From positions 1,568,001 through 1,632,000 of the forward strand of contig CAXXOA010000001.1 in the NCBI GenBank assembly GCA_963666275.2: a DNA stretch of 64,000 nt. The letters are read 5' to 3'. The position numbers were made by a program, and so were the translations under genes. Below the pieces are notes generated by a model. That model did not search any database. It was given only the letters and a program-made list of their open reading frames with translations, and was not told the origin of the DNA. The stretch's first letter is position 1. Each line of letters begins with the position of its first letter. The DNA is from Oceanispirochaeta sp. GTDB taxonomy: Bacteria > Spirochaetota > Spirochaetia > DSM-2461. This document shows, in pieces, positions 50,674-59,811 of the stretch.

Positions 50674-52172
50674 CCGACCAGGAACTGCTGAATATTGAGA
50701 TCCTTTTGCCCTATCAGGCTGCATGGTCAAAAGACCACTCCAAGGTCAAAGTCTGGGAAAAATCCAGGCGTATCGGGGCCAGTTACGGAGAAGCCTGCGA
50801 GACCGTTTTGGAAGCTGCAAAATCCAAAACTGAAGGCGGCCAGGATACTTTCTATCTTTCCTACAATAAAGAGATGACCCAGCAGTTCATAAGTGACTGT
50901 GCTATGTGGGCCAAAATCCTTAATAAAGCAGCTTCGGAAATTGAAGAAGTTGTCATCAATCATGAGGATAAGGATATCACAGTTTACCGCCTGACCATGG
51001 CCTCCGGATTTCAGATTTGGGGTCTCCCGTCAGAGCCCCGTTCTCTCCGTTCAAAACAGGGCCGGGTTATTATCGATGAGGCCGCTTTTGTAGAGAATCT
51101 CAGAGAGCTTTTGAAGGCGGCTATGGCTCTTACCATGTGGGGTGGAGTTGTTCGGATCATGTCTACTCATAACGGAGAAGACAACCCCTTCAATGAGCTG
51201 ATCAAAGAGATCAAAGAGGGTAAAAAAAACTACTCTCTTCATAGAACTACAATCCAGAATGCTCTGGATAAGGGCCTTTATAAAAGGATATGCCTGGTAA
51301 GCGACAGGGAGTGGTCTGAAGAAGCTGAAAAGGAGTGGCTTGATGAGCTGCTTGATGACTACGGAGACGGAGCAGCAGAGGAGTTGTACTGCATCCCCAC
51401 CAAAGGCGGAACCAGGTATATTTCCCGCTCACTGGTGGAATCCTGTATGGACAAGGATATTCCGGTTCTAAGCTACGAATGCACTGATGATTTTACCTTT
51501 GAATCAGACTTTGTTAGAGAAAGAAAAACCAATGATTGGCTGGAGGACAATCTCCTTCCTATCCTGAAGAACCTGCCCAATGATCCGGGCTTCATCGGGA
51601 TGGACTTTGCAAGGAGCGGAGACCTTTCTGAAATAGCTCTTTTTAATGAAACAGAAGGCCTCCGTTTGAGAGCTATCTGCTACCTTGAATTGAGGAATGT
51701 TCCCTTCTCCCAGCAGTTCCAGATTTTCTGCTATGTATGGGACAAGCATCCCCGGTTATTTGCAGCATCTCTTGATGCCAGGGGAAACGGCCAACACCTG
51801 GCGGAGCTTGCCGCTCAGAAGTACGGCCCGGCCTATGTGAATCAGGTGATGATCTCCAGGGCTTTTTATATGGAGTACATGCCAAAGTACAAAGCCAAGC
51901 TGGAAGACAGGGAGATGACCCTGCCCGGCTCTCCCGACATTATCGATGATCACAGAACAGTTGTTCTGGATAAGGGTGTTCCCACCATCTCGGAGAGGAC
52001 TTCCCAGGGCGGCGACAAGAATAAAAAGAGGCATGGAGACTCTGTCATTGCCGGTGTAATGGCCAACCATGCTTACGAGAATGACGACAGCTCTCACCAG
52101 AGCTATAAATACGAAGCGGTGAAAGCTTCAAACCCCTGGAGAGGAGGAACCAGCCGTGGCCGATGGAGATAA
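50670..52172 (+). CDS. terminase large subunit (Mu gp28-like)
   Basis: LLPYQ, Walker A KSRRIGAS, Walker B IIDEAAF, STHNG, nuclease motifs GMDFARSGD and RHGD. Confidence 0.93.
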   Translation: MTDQELLNIEILLPYQAAWSKDHSKVKVWEKSRRIGASYGEACETVLEAAKSKTEGGQDTFYLSYNKEMTQQFISDCAMWAKILNKAASEIEEVVINHEDKDITVYRLTMASGFQIWGLPSEPRSLRSKQGRVIIDEAAFVENLRELLKAAMALTMWGGVVRIMSTHNGEDNPFNELIKEIKEGKKNYSLHRTTIQNALDKGLYKRICLVSDREWSEEAEKEWLDELLDDYGDGAAEELYCIPTKGGTRYISRSLVESCMDKDIPVLSYECTDDFTFESDFVRERKTNDWLEDNLLPILKNLPNDPGFIGMDFARSGDLSEIALFNETEGLRLRAICYLELRNVPFSQQFQIFCYVWDKHPRLFAASLDARGNGQHLAELAAQKYGPAYVNQVMISRAFYMEYMPKYKAKLEDREMTLPGSPDIIDDHRTVVLDKGVPTISERTSQGGDKNKKRHGDSVIAGVMANHAYENDDSSHQSYKYEAVKASNPWRGGTSRGRWR

Positions 52173-53670
52173 AACCAAGAAGAAAGATCTGAAAAATGAG
52201 GTAGCAGCAGCTCAAACTATCGGTGTTCGCCAGGCTATCCAGTGGCCGGATATAACCTCCGGACTGGATCCGGTCAGACTGGCTGAAATTCTTAGGGCTG
52301 CCAGAGAAGGCAAAGCAGATGAATACCTGACTTTAGCTGAAGAGATTGAAGAGAGGGACCTTCACTACAGGTCTGTACTATCCACAAGGAAGCAGGCTGT
52401 TGAGGGTCTTGTTCCTACTATCATACCGGCTAGTGAAGAGAAAAAGGATCTGGATCTGGCCAAAGCTGTAGAAACGGATATTCTGGGCAGAGACGATTTT
52501 CCCGACCTAATAAAAGATGCCCTTGACGCTCTTGGCAAAGGGTATTCGGTTCATGAAATTCTCTGGAATACGAAAAGAACTCCCTGGAAACCCGATCGGA
52601 TCCTTTTCAGGGATCCCCGATGGTTTGAATATGATGAGCTTACAGGTAAAAAGCTCCATATGAAAGAAGATTATGGAACGACCCTTATTCCCCTGGCGGA
52701 AAGGAAGTTTATAGTCCATGAACCGCACCTGAAAACAGGGCTGCCGATACGGGGAGGATTAGCTCTCCCGATGGCTCTCTATTTTCTGATCAAATACTAC
52801 GATATTACAGCCTGGACCGCATTTATAGACCGCTACGGCCTGCCGATCCGGGTGGGAAAGTACGGTAGGAACGCTTCCGATAAAGACATTACCACTCTGA
52901 AGAGTGCCATAGCTCATTTGGGTGAAGATGTGGGAGCTGTTATTCCTGATTCAATGCTGATTGATATTATTGAGTCAAAAACATCCGGAAAAATTGAGCT
53001 GTATAAAGAGATGGCCGACTGGGTGGACAAGCAGGTAAGCAAGCTGGTACTGGGTCAAACCATGACAGCCGATGACGGGTCCAGCAGGAGTCAGGCGGAA
53101 GTTCATGACGATGTCCGCCAGGATATCCTGGAAGCCGATGCCAGGCAGCTGGAAAAAACCCTTAACCGGGATCTGATCAGGCCTTATATTGATTTGAACT
53201 GGGGTCCTCAGGAAAAATACCCAAGATTAAGAATCCCCTGTCCTGATACTGACGATATTACCGCTTGGGTGGATAATATTGAAAAGCTTGTTCCTCTCGG
53301 TTTGACTGTTAAGGCTGATGAAGTCAGAAGTAAATTGGGATTGTCCAGACCAGATGAAGGAGATGAGATCCTTCAACAAGCTCCAGCGACAGTTCCTGCT
53401 GAAAAGGATATGGGAACCGCTCTCAATGCCGAGCAGGATAAGGATATATCTGAGCTGGATCTTCTGCAGGAGGACAGTGATTATTCCGAGCTGTCGGATG
53501 ACATATTAAAAGCTGTTAACAAGCTGGCCGGGAAGTGCAGCACTCTGGAAGAGTTTCGCGACCGGTTGCCCGAGCTGCTCTCCCTATGGGATATGGAAAA
53601 AGCCGCCGACATCCTGACTCTCGAAACCTGGAAAGCCAGAGCCTTGGGAGATGCTGATTTTGCCGACTGA
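52156..53670 (+). CDS. portal protein (DUF935 / Mu gp29-like)
   Basis: EEIEERDLHYRSVLSTRK, YGLPIRVGKY, SKLVLGQT, AEVHDDVR. Confidence 0.93.
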   Translation: MADGDKTKKKDLKNEVAAAQTIGVRQAIQWPDITSGLDPVRLAEILRAAREGKADEYLTLAEEIEERDLHYRSVLSTRKQAVEGLVPTIIPASEEKKDLDLAKAVETDILGRDDFPDLIKDALDALGKGYSVHEILWNTKRTPWKPDRILFRDPRWFEYDELTGKKLHMKEDYGTTLIPLAERKFIVHEPHLKTGLPIRGGLALPMALYFLIKYYDITAWTAFIDRYGLPIRVGKYGRNASDKDITTLKSAIAHLGEDVGAVIPDSMLIDIIESKTSGKIELYKEMADWVDKQVSKLVLGQTMTADDGSSRSQAEVHDDVRQDILEADARQLEKTLNRDLIRPYIDLNWGPQEKYPRLRIPCPDTDDITAWVDNIEKLVPLGLTVKADEVRSKLGLSRPDEGDEILQQAPATVPAEKDMGTALNAEQDKDISELDLLQEDSDYSELSDDILKAVNKLAGKCSTLEEFRDRLPELLSLWDMEKAADILTLETWKARALGDADFAD

Positions 53671-55084
53671 TACCATTGTTCCGGAAGAAGCTCTGAATTT
53701 CCTGAGAGCAAAGCAGCTGAAACCGGCTTTCAGCTATGAAGATGTCTGGCTGGAAGAACACGCCAATAATTTTACCGTTGCGAAAGCCATGCAGTTGGAT
53801 GTTCTGCAGGACTTTAAGGATGCCATAGACCTGGCAATTGAGAATGGCCAAACTCTGGATCAATTCCAAAAAGAGATAACTCCTACCCTGATGAGAAAAG
53901 GCTGGTGGGGTAAAAAAACAATGGTAGACCCGGCTGACGGCAAGGAAAAGGCTGTCCGTCTGGGTTCTGACCGCCGGTTGAAAACTATTTACAATGTAAA
54001 TACCCGCCAAGCATACAATGCCGGAAGATGGGAACGTGGCCAGCGATCCGCAGCGCATACCCATATAATGTACCTGGTCGGCCCCAGTACACACCACAGG
54101 AAAGAGCATTTGTCTTGGAATGGTTTGGTTCTCCCCAAGGATCATCCTTTTTGGAATACCCATACCCCAATGAACGGATGGGGCTGCAAATGTTATTTCA
54201 GATATTTAACAAAGCAGAGGCTGGAGAAGCTTCGGAATGAGGGAATGCCGGATAATACGCATATTGTGGAAGGAAGGCCTTCCGGAACCATTCAAATTAA
54301 GGAAAATGCTCAGGATATTCAGTACAGGCAGTATATCAATAAGCGGTCCGGAAGAGTTTATACAGCTCCTGCAGGTATTGATCCGGGGTTTGAATGGAAT
54401 CCTGGATCCGCTAGAGGTACAGCAGTTTCTTCTTCCCTGCAGGGTAAGGTAAAATCTTTACAGCAAAGCTACCCGGCAACTCCGAAAGGGGTTCCCGTAT
54501 CAGAAGCTTTTTCAAAGATCACTCCCACCTATAAAACCAGTGTGAACCGGGCTCTTACAGCTATTAATAAGGTTCATGGAGACGGCAATCTCCCGAAGAT
54601 CCCAATTCAAGCAAGCAGGTCAAAGCAGTTTTATGGGGCTTTTGAATACAGTAGATACTCACGGGAAGCATCTGCCATTAAACTGGCCAGTAAAGATCAT
54701 CCGGAATTGACGCTGATACATGAAATAGGTCATTTTCTGGATAACAACGGGCTCCCAGGTAAAGGGTTCTGTTCGGAATTGAACCTTTCGGAGATTATAC
54801 CTTTGATGAAGGCCATTGATAATTCCAACGAAATTCAAGTTCTTAAAGCACTGCCATCCAATAAGAGTATTAGCTATCTGCTGAACCCTGCCGAACAGTT
54901 TGCCAGGGCTTACGCCCAGTACATTGCCTGGAAAACGCAGGATCCAACTTTAATTTTGCAGCTGAAGGGTATACAATTGAATTCAGGGAATCCTGTAAAC
55001 CGGTGCAAGCAATGGAATGAAGAAAACTTCCTTCCCATTGCCGCCGAGTTTGATATTCTGTTTAAAAAGATGGGATGGTTATGA
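53651..55084 (+). CDS. MuF (Mu gp30-like) head morphogenesis protein with a C-terminal zincin-like metallopeptidase domain
   Basis: FTVAK, RLKTIYNVN, HPFW..H.PMNGWGCKC, GIDPGFEWNPG; then HEIGH and YLLNPAEQFARAYAQY. Confidence 0.88.
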   Translation: MLILPTDTIVPEEALNFLRAKQLKPAFSYEDVWLEEHANNFTVAKAMQLDVLQDFKDAIDLAIENGQTLDQFQKEITPTLMRKGWWGKKTMVDPADGKEKAVRLGSDRRLKTIYNVNTRQAYNAGRWERGQRSAAHTHIMYLVGPSTHHRKEHLSWNGLVLPKDHPFWNTHTPMNGWGCKCYFRYLTKQRLEKLRNEGMPDNTHIVEGRPSGTIQIKENAQDIQYRQYINKRSGRVYTAPAGIDPGFEWNPGSARGTAVSSSLQGKVKSLQQSYPATPKGVPVSEAFSKITPTYKTSVNRALTAINKVHGDGNLPKIPIQASRSKQFYGAFEYSRYSREASAIKLASKDHPELTLIHEIGHFLDNNGLPGKGFCSELNLSEIIPLMKAIDNSNEIQVLKALPSNKSISYLLNPAEQFARAYAQYIAWKTQDPTLILQLKGIQLNSGNPVNRCKQWNEENFLPIAAEFDILFKKMGWL

Positions 55085-55365
55085 TACTGAAAGGAACAGC
55101 AGCAGACGGAACTCCATACTCAATAGACTCAGACGCTATTACCCAGGAAGATATTGATTCTTTCGGTAAAGAAAATGATTGTGTCTGTTGTGTCAGATGT
55201 CTTATACCTGTTACTGATGAAACAAAACAGTATGAAGATCCGGAAAGTCCCGGCATGATAGCAGCCTATCCTTTCGACGAAGAAAATGAGCTATATCACC
55301 CCTATGGAAAAGATGGTTGGCCAGTTGAAAAAGTTCTCATCGATAAAAATGGAAGCCTTGTCTAA
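55081..55365 (+). CDS. small acidic Cys-cluster protein, candidate immunity partner of the MuF toxin domain
   Basis: ATGA overlap with the MuF stop; D/E-rich; CVCCVRC. Confidence 0.55.
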   Translation: MILKGTAADGTPYSIDSDAITQEDIDSFGKENDCVCCVRCLIPVTDETKQYEDPESPGMIAAYPFDEENELYHPYGKDGWPVEKVLIDKNGSLV

Positions 55366-55407
55366 TTTACTTTACAAATACCCGCCTTTGTTGTAATTAA
55401 CTTAACT

Positions 55408-55863
55408 TCAATTCATCAACTCAGAATCTTCTTTAAACCTTCTGACTTCATCTTCAATATTTTCTTTTAGGTGATGCATTGAAACAAAGTTTTCAATGAA
55501 ATAAATTAAGCAAAAAATCAGATATACAGAAAAAAGAATATAAGTATCAAATTTGATGATTTTCCATTCAAACTGATATTGATAGTCTTTTAGCAGAAAC
55601 AGCACAGTCGAGATAGCAAATAAGACGATAAAAGTAATCTGAATGGAATGGAGCTGAGGACGGAATCTCTGAACAAATTTCTCATTTGGGATATCTGCAA
55701 ATGAAAAAGACATTATTTGACTTAATCCCAACGAGAACATGATTCCCAAAATAGTAAAAATTACAGTTAATGATTGTTCTGTAAAACAAACAGGGACATA
55801 GGATAGAAAAAAAGAGATTAATAATATTATTGAACTTCTAATTAACCACCTTGCCATTATCAA
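55408..55863 (-). CDS. four-TM membrane protein (RexB-sized), prophage cargo
   Basis: Four hydrophobic segments including LGIMFSLG; overlaps the end of the upstream 308-aa gene. Confidence 0.7.
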   Translation of the reverse strand: MIMARWLIRSSIILLISFFLSYVPVCFTEQSLTVIFTILGIMFSLGLSQIMSFSFADIPNEKFVQRFRPQLHSIQITFIVLFAISTVLFLLKDYQYQFEWKIIKFDTYILFSVYLIFCLIYFIENFVSMHHLKENIEDEVRRFKEDSELMN

Positions 55864-56764
55864 TATCCTTTAAGATCTTTCTCATCTCTGTTTCAATTTC
55901 CGGTTCATTGAAACTTTTCCCTATATGTTCAAACTGACGTTCTATTTTAATCAGATAATCAGTTCCTTTAAGGGTTTTAGCACCTTTCCCTTTAATTATA
56001 ACATCTTCACTATCGACAATTCTAAGCAAGGTGTCTAGGGCCTTCCCATCCTTTTTCTTGAGTTCTTTTTTGTTAATTTTCAGATGAATAGTAGCTGTGA
56101 GTACATCTTCAAGCTCTAGAGCTTTCAGATCCTTAATATCTTTCAGCATATTTTGAAGGACTGCCCTTTTTACCTGTAGAATCTTTGTTTCTTCTTTTGA
56201 TAATTTATTCTGGAAATATCCCTCTGCGATTTGAATTTTCTGAATGTCTCCCATTGGGATAGTGTTCTCTGTTTTATGTTTTGGAGTTATTGAACACTCA
56301 TATTGTCCTTTTTTATTCTCCCTGAGGAGCCAATTAAAATAAGTTTCCAATGCTTTCCTATTATTTTTTGCTGATGTCATGATCAGATAACCTTCATATA
56401 TGCAGAAGAATATATAATCTTTGATAGAACCTGCAGATTCCTCATCAGATAATTTTACCATTTCATTCATGGAAACAGTCTTCTGGGTCAGATGAATATT
56501 TGATACGTTTGTACCTTCTCCCGGTCGCAGGCGAACAAAAGAACCAAACAAAAATCCATTAGAATGGTTGAAATATGGAATAAAGTCACCTTCATCCTGA
56601 TTGCTGATTACACCATCTTCCTGATGGTACTCCATAAATCGGTCCTTGATGGTTAATGAACTGTTCAGAATATTAAAAATCAATTTCGCAAACTTCGGTT
56701 CTTTTACCTGAGTTGTCCTGGATTCAATTTCATGGACCTGAAGTGTTAACTTTCTCTTTGCCAT
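55838..56764 (-). CDS. soluble Lys-rich protein, RexA/RdgC-fold candidate, prophage cargo
   Basis: Strong SD (AGGTGAGGAG); 308 aa; family assignment is a by-eye resemblance only. Confidence 0.6.
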   Translation of the reverse strand: MAKRKLTLQVHEIESRTTQVKEPKFAKLIFNILNSSLTIKDRFMEYHQEDGVISNQDEGDFIPYFNHSNGFLFGSFVRLRPGEGTNVSNIHLTQKTVSMNEMVKLSDEESAGSIKDYIFFCIYEGYLIMTSAKNNRKALETYFNWLLRENKKGQYECSITPKHKTENTIPMGDIQKIQIAEGYFQNKLSKEETKILQVKRAVLQNMLKDIKDLKALELEDVLTATIHLKINKKELKKKDGKALDTLLRIVDSEDVIIKGKGAKTLKGTDYLIKIERQFEHIGKSFNEPEIETEMRKILKDIDNGKVVN

Positions 56765-56802
56765 TAATGATTCTCCTCACCTTTAATTTGATTGCTATAA
56801 AT

Positions 56803-57702
56803 TCAATTCGTCACAGACTCTGTGTTGTCTCTAATTTGTTTTATATGAGTTCTGATAGAATCCAGTTTCTTATAGTCAGGAAATAACTGAGAAGATTCTT
56901 CAGGGGCTGAGAGAGATGGATGAAACTCTGTACCTTTATTAATCATCTCTGATATTTTTTCTATGGAGTACATCAATCTCTTTATATATTCAGGATCTTT
57001 TTCAATACCGTTATTATCTATGAGATAATTTGCTTCAGCTTCAATCAGCTGATCTAAGAGCTTTTTCTGAGCAGCAACCAAATCTTTAACAGACTCATTT
57101 TTCATTTCAAGATTTTTGATTTGGCCAGTAAGATGATCGCCTTCAAGTTTCTTTTTTCTGATAACACAGCCTGACCAAATTAATCCAGCTATTAGTTTTA
57201 ATGCTGCAGAAGTTCCAAATGTAAGAATTAACCAATTTGTACCAAGGTCTACTCCAGTAAATTTCACTGAAGGAGTTCCTTTTAACCCAGAAAGCGTCTG
57301 GTCAAATATTTTTCCATATTCTGTAACCTCATTTACGAAACCATGGTAATCGTGAAAATCTGGAAGGAGAATAAAAAGAGAGTTTTCATCAGCTTCAGTA
57401 CTAACGGCTTTGAGAACTTTCAGGACACTATTCATTTCAGCTCTAAGTTGTCCCATGAAAGCCTCAAACTGTTTTGCATCATTTTGGGCAAGAGTTATAG
57501 ATTCACCATGAAAGTCCTCAGGAAGATATTTGCGAATGTTAACTAACTTTTCTGTAAAATGAGGCATCTCTGATATTACCCGTAATGTTTTATTTAACGA
57601 ACTAACCTTCTGGTATATCTTTGTCGAACCTTGAACTGTTGGTGTTAAACTCAGTTTTGCATTAGAGGAAGAAATAATTTGGATTTGCTGGTTTATTCGC
57701 AT
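56803..57702 (-). CDS. hypothetical prophage cargo protein (central hydrophobic segment + coiled coil)
   Basis: 299-aa AT-rich ORF; VDLGTNW motif followed by a hydrophobic stretch. Confidence 0.7.
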   Translation of the reverse strand: MRINQQIQIISSSNAKLSLTPTVQGSTKIYQKVSSLNKTLRVISEMPHFTEKLVNIRKYLPEDFHGESITLAQNDAKQFEAFMGQLRAEMNSVLKVLKAVSTEADENSLFILLPDFHDYHGFVNEVTEYGKIFDQTLSGLKGTPSVKFTGVDLGTNWLILTFGTSAALKLIAGLIWSGCVIRKKKLEGDHLTGQIKNLEMKNESVKDLVAAQKKLLDQLIEAEANYLIDNNGIEKDPEYIKRLMYSIEKISEMINKGTEFHPSLSAPEESSQLFPDYKKLDSIRTHIKQIRDNTESVTN

Positions 57703-57742
57703 AAGTTTTGGTCCTATTGAGATACATTATTTTTTAAAAAGT

Positions 57743-58006
57743 TCAGCCTCTTTTCTTAGAATACGCAGCTTCTACCTTTTTCCGGCCAGCATCTGTAATC
57801 TGGATGACTTTTGACTTATCGTCGTACTCCATATATCCCTGGGCTATGTAGGACGTGGAGTTTGTTCTGTTGCTGATTACATTATTCGTCAGCTGTGGGT
57901 CAATGCTGTCAAAAAGGGGTTCCATCTCTTCAGTATTGAATGAATCCTTTTTATAAAGGAAGTTCAAAAAGAAATCTTCATAATACGCCTGATTGTTAAA
58001 TGCCAT
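57743..58006 (-). CDS. small winged-helix-like protein
   Basis: AAGGAG SD; C-terminal GYME...IQITDAGRK wing pattern. Confidence 0.6.
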   Translation of the reverse strand: MAFNNQAYYEDFFLNFLYKKDSFNTEEMEPLFDSIDPQLTNNVISNRTNSTSYIAQGYMEYDDKSKVIQITDAGRKKVEAAYSKKRG

Positions 58007-58084
58007 ATTTTATTCTCCTTTTGATCCATCATATGCGGGTCTTATTTCTTCCATGAAATTAACCCCATCTAATAGATTCTTATT

Positions 58085-58264
58085 CTAAGAATCATTCCCC
58101 AACCGGTTTAAAATCAGCTGAGAAAAGTTTTCCAAATACTCCAGCCTTTTTACATCTTCATAATTGCTTTCGTACTCTTCTGTTTTATCAACTATATCCA
58201 GGGACAAACGGAGCAGCTCAATTTTCCGCCAGGTCTTATCATCGATGTCATCTATTGCACTCAT
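58085..58264 (-). CDS. 59-aa acidic helical protein absent from the ORF track (MSAIDDIDDKTWRKIELLRLSLD...)
   Basis: Translated by hand; its ATG overlaps the TAA of the upstream gene (TAATG) and it fills an otherwise empty gap. Confidence 0.6.
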   Translation of the reverse strand: MSAIDDIDDKTWRKIELLRLSLDIVDKTEEYESNYEDVKRLEYLENFSQLILNRLGNDS

Positions 58265-58674
58265 TAGTATCCCTCATTCCAGCCAGGTTTCTCTACCAAT
58301 AACTCTTTTGAAATATTATCATTATCCCAAGATGGTCTTTCACACAGGGTCATATTTCTAAAATTACCCTGCTGCTTATGGCCGTCATCATCAAACCAGA
58401 CACAGAGAGACTCACGATTTCCGCTATCAATCACTGTCATATCAGTCAATGAAGGGATGAAGCTTACAACAGTCCCAGGTCTGAGAGCATGGTTTTTAAA
58501 ACCTGATAAAGCAGGGGTCAATTCATTCAGAACTTTGAAAGGAAACTCAGCTTCTTTATACCGTTTCTTTTTATCTAGCCAGCAGCATAAGAAAAGCCCG
58601 CCATCCTCTTCAGCAAGCACAGCCATTTCCGGACCGCCTGAATTGAGCCTGACAATACTATCTATACCAAACAT
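58264..58674 (-). CDS. tandem YodC/DUF2158-like domain protein
   Basis: VRLNSGGPEMAV...CCWLD and a second copy GTVV...DMTV...CVWFD. Confidence 0.75.
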   Translation of the reverse strand: MFGIDSIVRLNSGGPEMAVLAEEDGGLFLCCWLDKKKRYKEAEFPFKVLNELTPALSGFKNHALRPGTVVSFIPSLTDMTVIDSGNRESLCVWFDDDGHKQQGNFRNMTLCERPSWDNDNISKELLVEKPGWNEGY

Positions 58675-58709
58675 GTTTCCCTCCGATTTAATCTATGCTG
58701 TTCCATTTC

Positions 58710-59111
58710 TCAGAAACTAACCGGGTCCAGGATTTCTGATCCACCCTCACTCCAGAATATTTCTAATTTCCCATCAGGGCGTATATAAAATGTTTCATCA
58801 TCGTCGCCAACTCTTTTGAAATGATTCTCATCAAGAAACTCGATTTCTTCCTTTTTCCATTGAAACCATAGTGGGTACGTTGTAGCTAAATAACTCTTAT
58901 CAGCTGGAATGTAATGAATGAATCTGCCAGAACCATATTGCTCTGGAGAAACCCAAAGGTTGTCTACATCGGTTATATCTATATCGATGTCTCCATATTG
59001 GCCACCTTCATGGCCAGGACCTTTATTCTGAAGTTCTGTAAAGGTTATATCCTGGGCAAAAGCGGCAACAATGAAAAATGACAATATGAGGCTGCTGATA
59101 ACTTTCTTCAC
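58710..59111 (-). CDS. exported hypothetical protein (prophage moron)
   Basis: Signal peptide MKKVISSLILSFFIVAAFA-QD; AAGGAG SD; 11 bp downstream of the repressor. Confidence 0.75.
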   Translation of the reverse strand: MKKVISSLILSFFIVAAFAQDITFTELQNKGPGHEGGQYGDIDIDITDVDNLWVSPEQYGSGRFIHYIPADKSYLATTYPLWFQWKKEEIEFLDENHFKRVGDDDETFYIRPDGKLEIFWSEGGSEILDPVSF

Positions 59112-59122
59112 TCAATACTCCT

Positions 59123-59806
59123 TTAATACGGATGCCTGTGAATCCATCCGATTACCTTCCCTTCAACCCGTACCACATCAGAATCCGCATCCACTACTTT
59201 TTTTTCATAGCTGGGATTTTCCGAAATAATGGTGAGTTTTCTCTCAATCGGGTCAAACTCCAAACGCTTTACAAATAAATCCGAACCGATGCTGATTACG
59301 TAGATCCCGTCGGCCCGGAGTTCTCCCTGGGAAAAGATGACATAGTCCCCATCGAATATTTCCACCCCTGTCATTGAATCTCCCCGGACCTCTACAACTT
59401 TAATCGAGTGCCTGGGGTATGGGTGTATGATCTTATCTAAAATGGGGATCGTTACATCTGAGCTGTACTCTTCAATATAGTCCTGCCCAGCCCCGGCAGA
59501 TATTTTTTGTTCCAGCACCGGAACCATGACAACATCATCCCGATCTGAAAGTACAATTTCTTTTTTCTCTGTTTGAATACTAACTGCACGATTATTATCT
59601 GAAAGCAACATTTTCCCTTGGCCTGTTATCAACCAATGCAGATTTATGCCGATATGAGATATTTTTTCTTTTATCTCATCTGGAACAGAACGCTTCTCTG
59701 TCTCATAACCAGCATATGTAGACTGCCCGAGGCCTAACTTTGCTGCAAAGTCAGACTGATTTAGCTCAAAATGAGATCTTATTTCTTTTAAACGACGACC
59801 AATCAT
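59123..59806 (-). CDS. CI/LexA-like phage repressor (XRE HTH + S24 peptidase)
   Basis: LNQSDFAAKLG...YE HTH, WLITGQG, SAGAG cleavage site, VRGDSM, VKRL. Confidence 0.93.
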   Translation of the reverse strand: MIGRRLKEIRSHFELNQSDFAAKLGLGQSTYAGYETEKRSVPDEIKEKISHIGINLHWLITGQGKMLLSDNNRAVSIQTEKKEIVLSDRDDVVMVPVLEQKISAGAGQDYIEEYSSDVTIPILDKIIHPYPRHSIKVVEVRGDSMTGVEIFDGDYVIFSQGELRADGIYVISIGSDLFVKRLEFDPIERKLTIISENPSYEKKVVDADSDVVRVEGKVIGWIHRHPY

Positions 59807-59811
59807 TAAAA

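Noticed and set aside
55366..59122. Retron, DGR, CRISPR or restriction-modification system in the prophage cargo
   Set aside because: No reverse transcriptase (YADD), template/variable repeat pair, repeat-spacer array or methyltransferase motif was seen.
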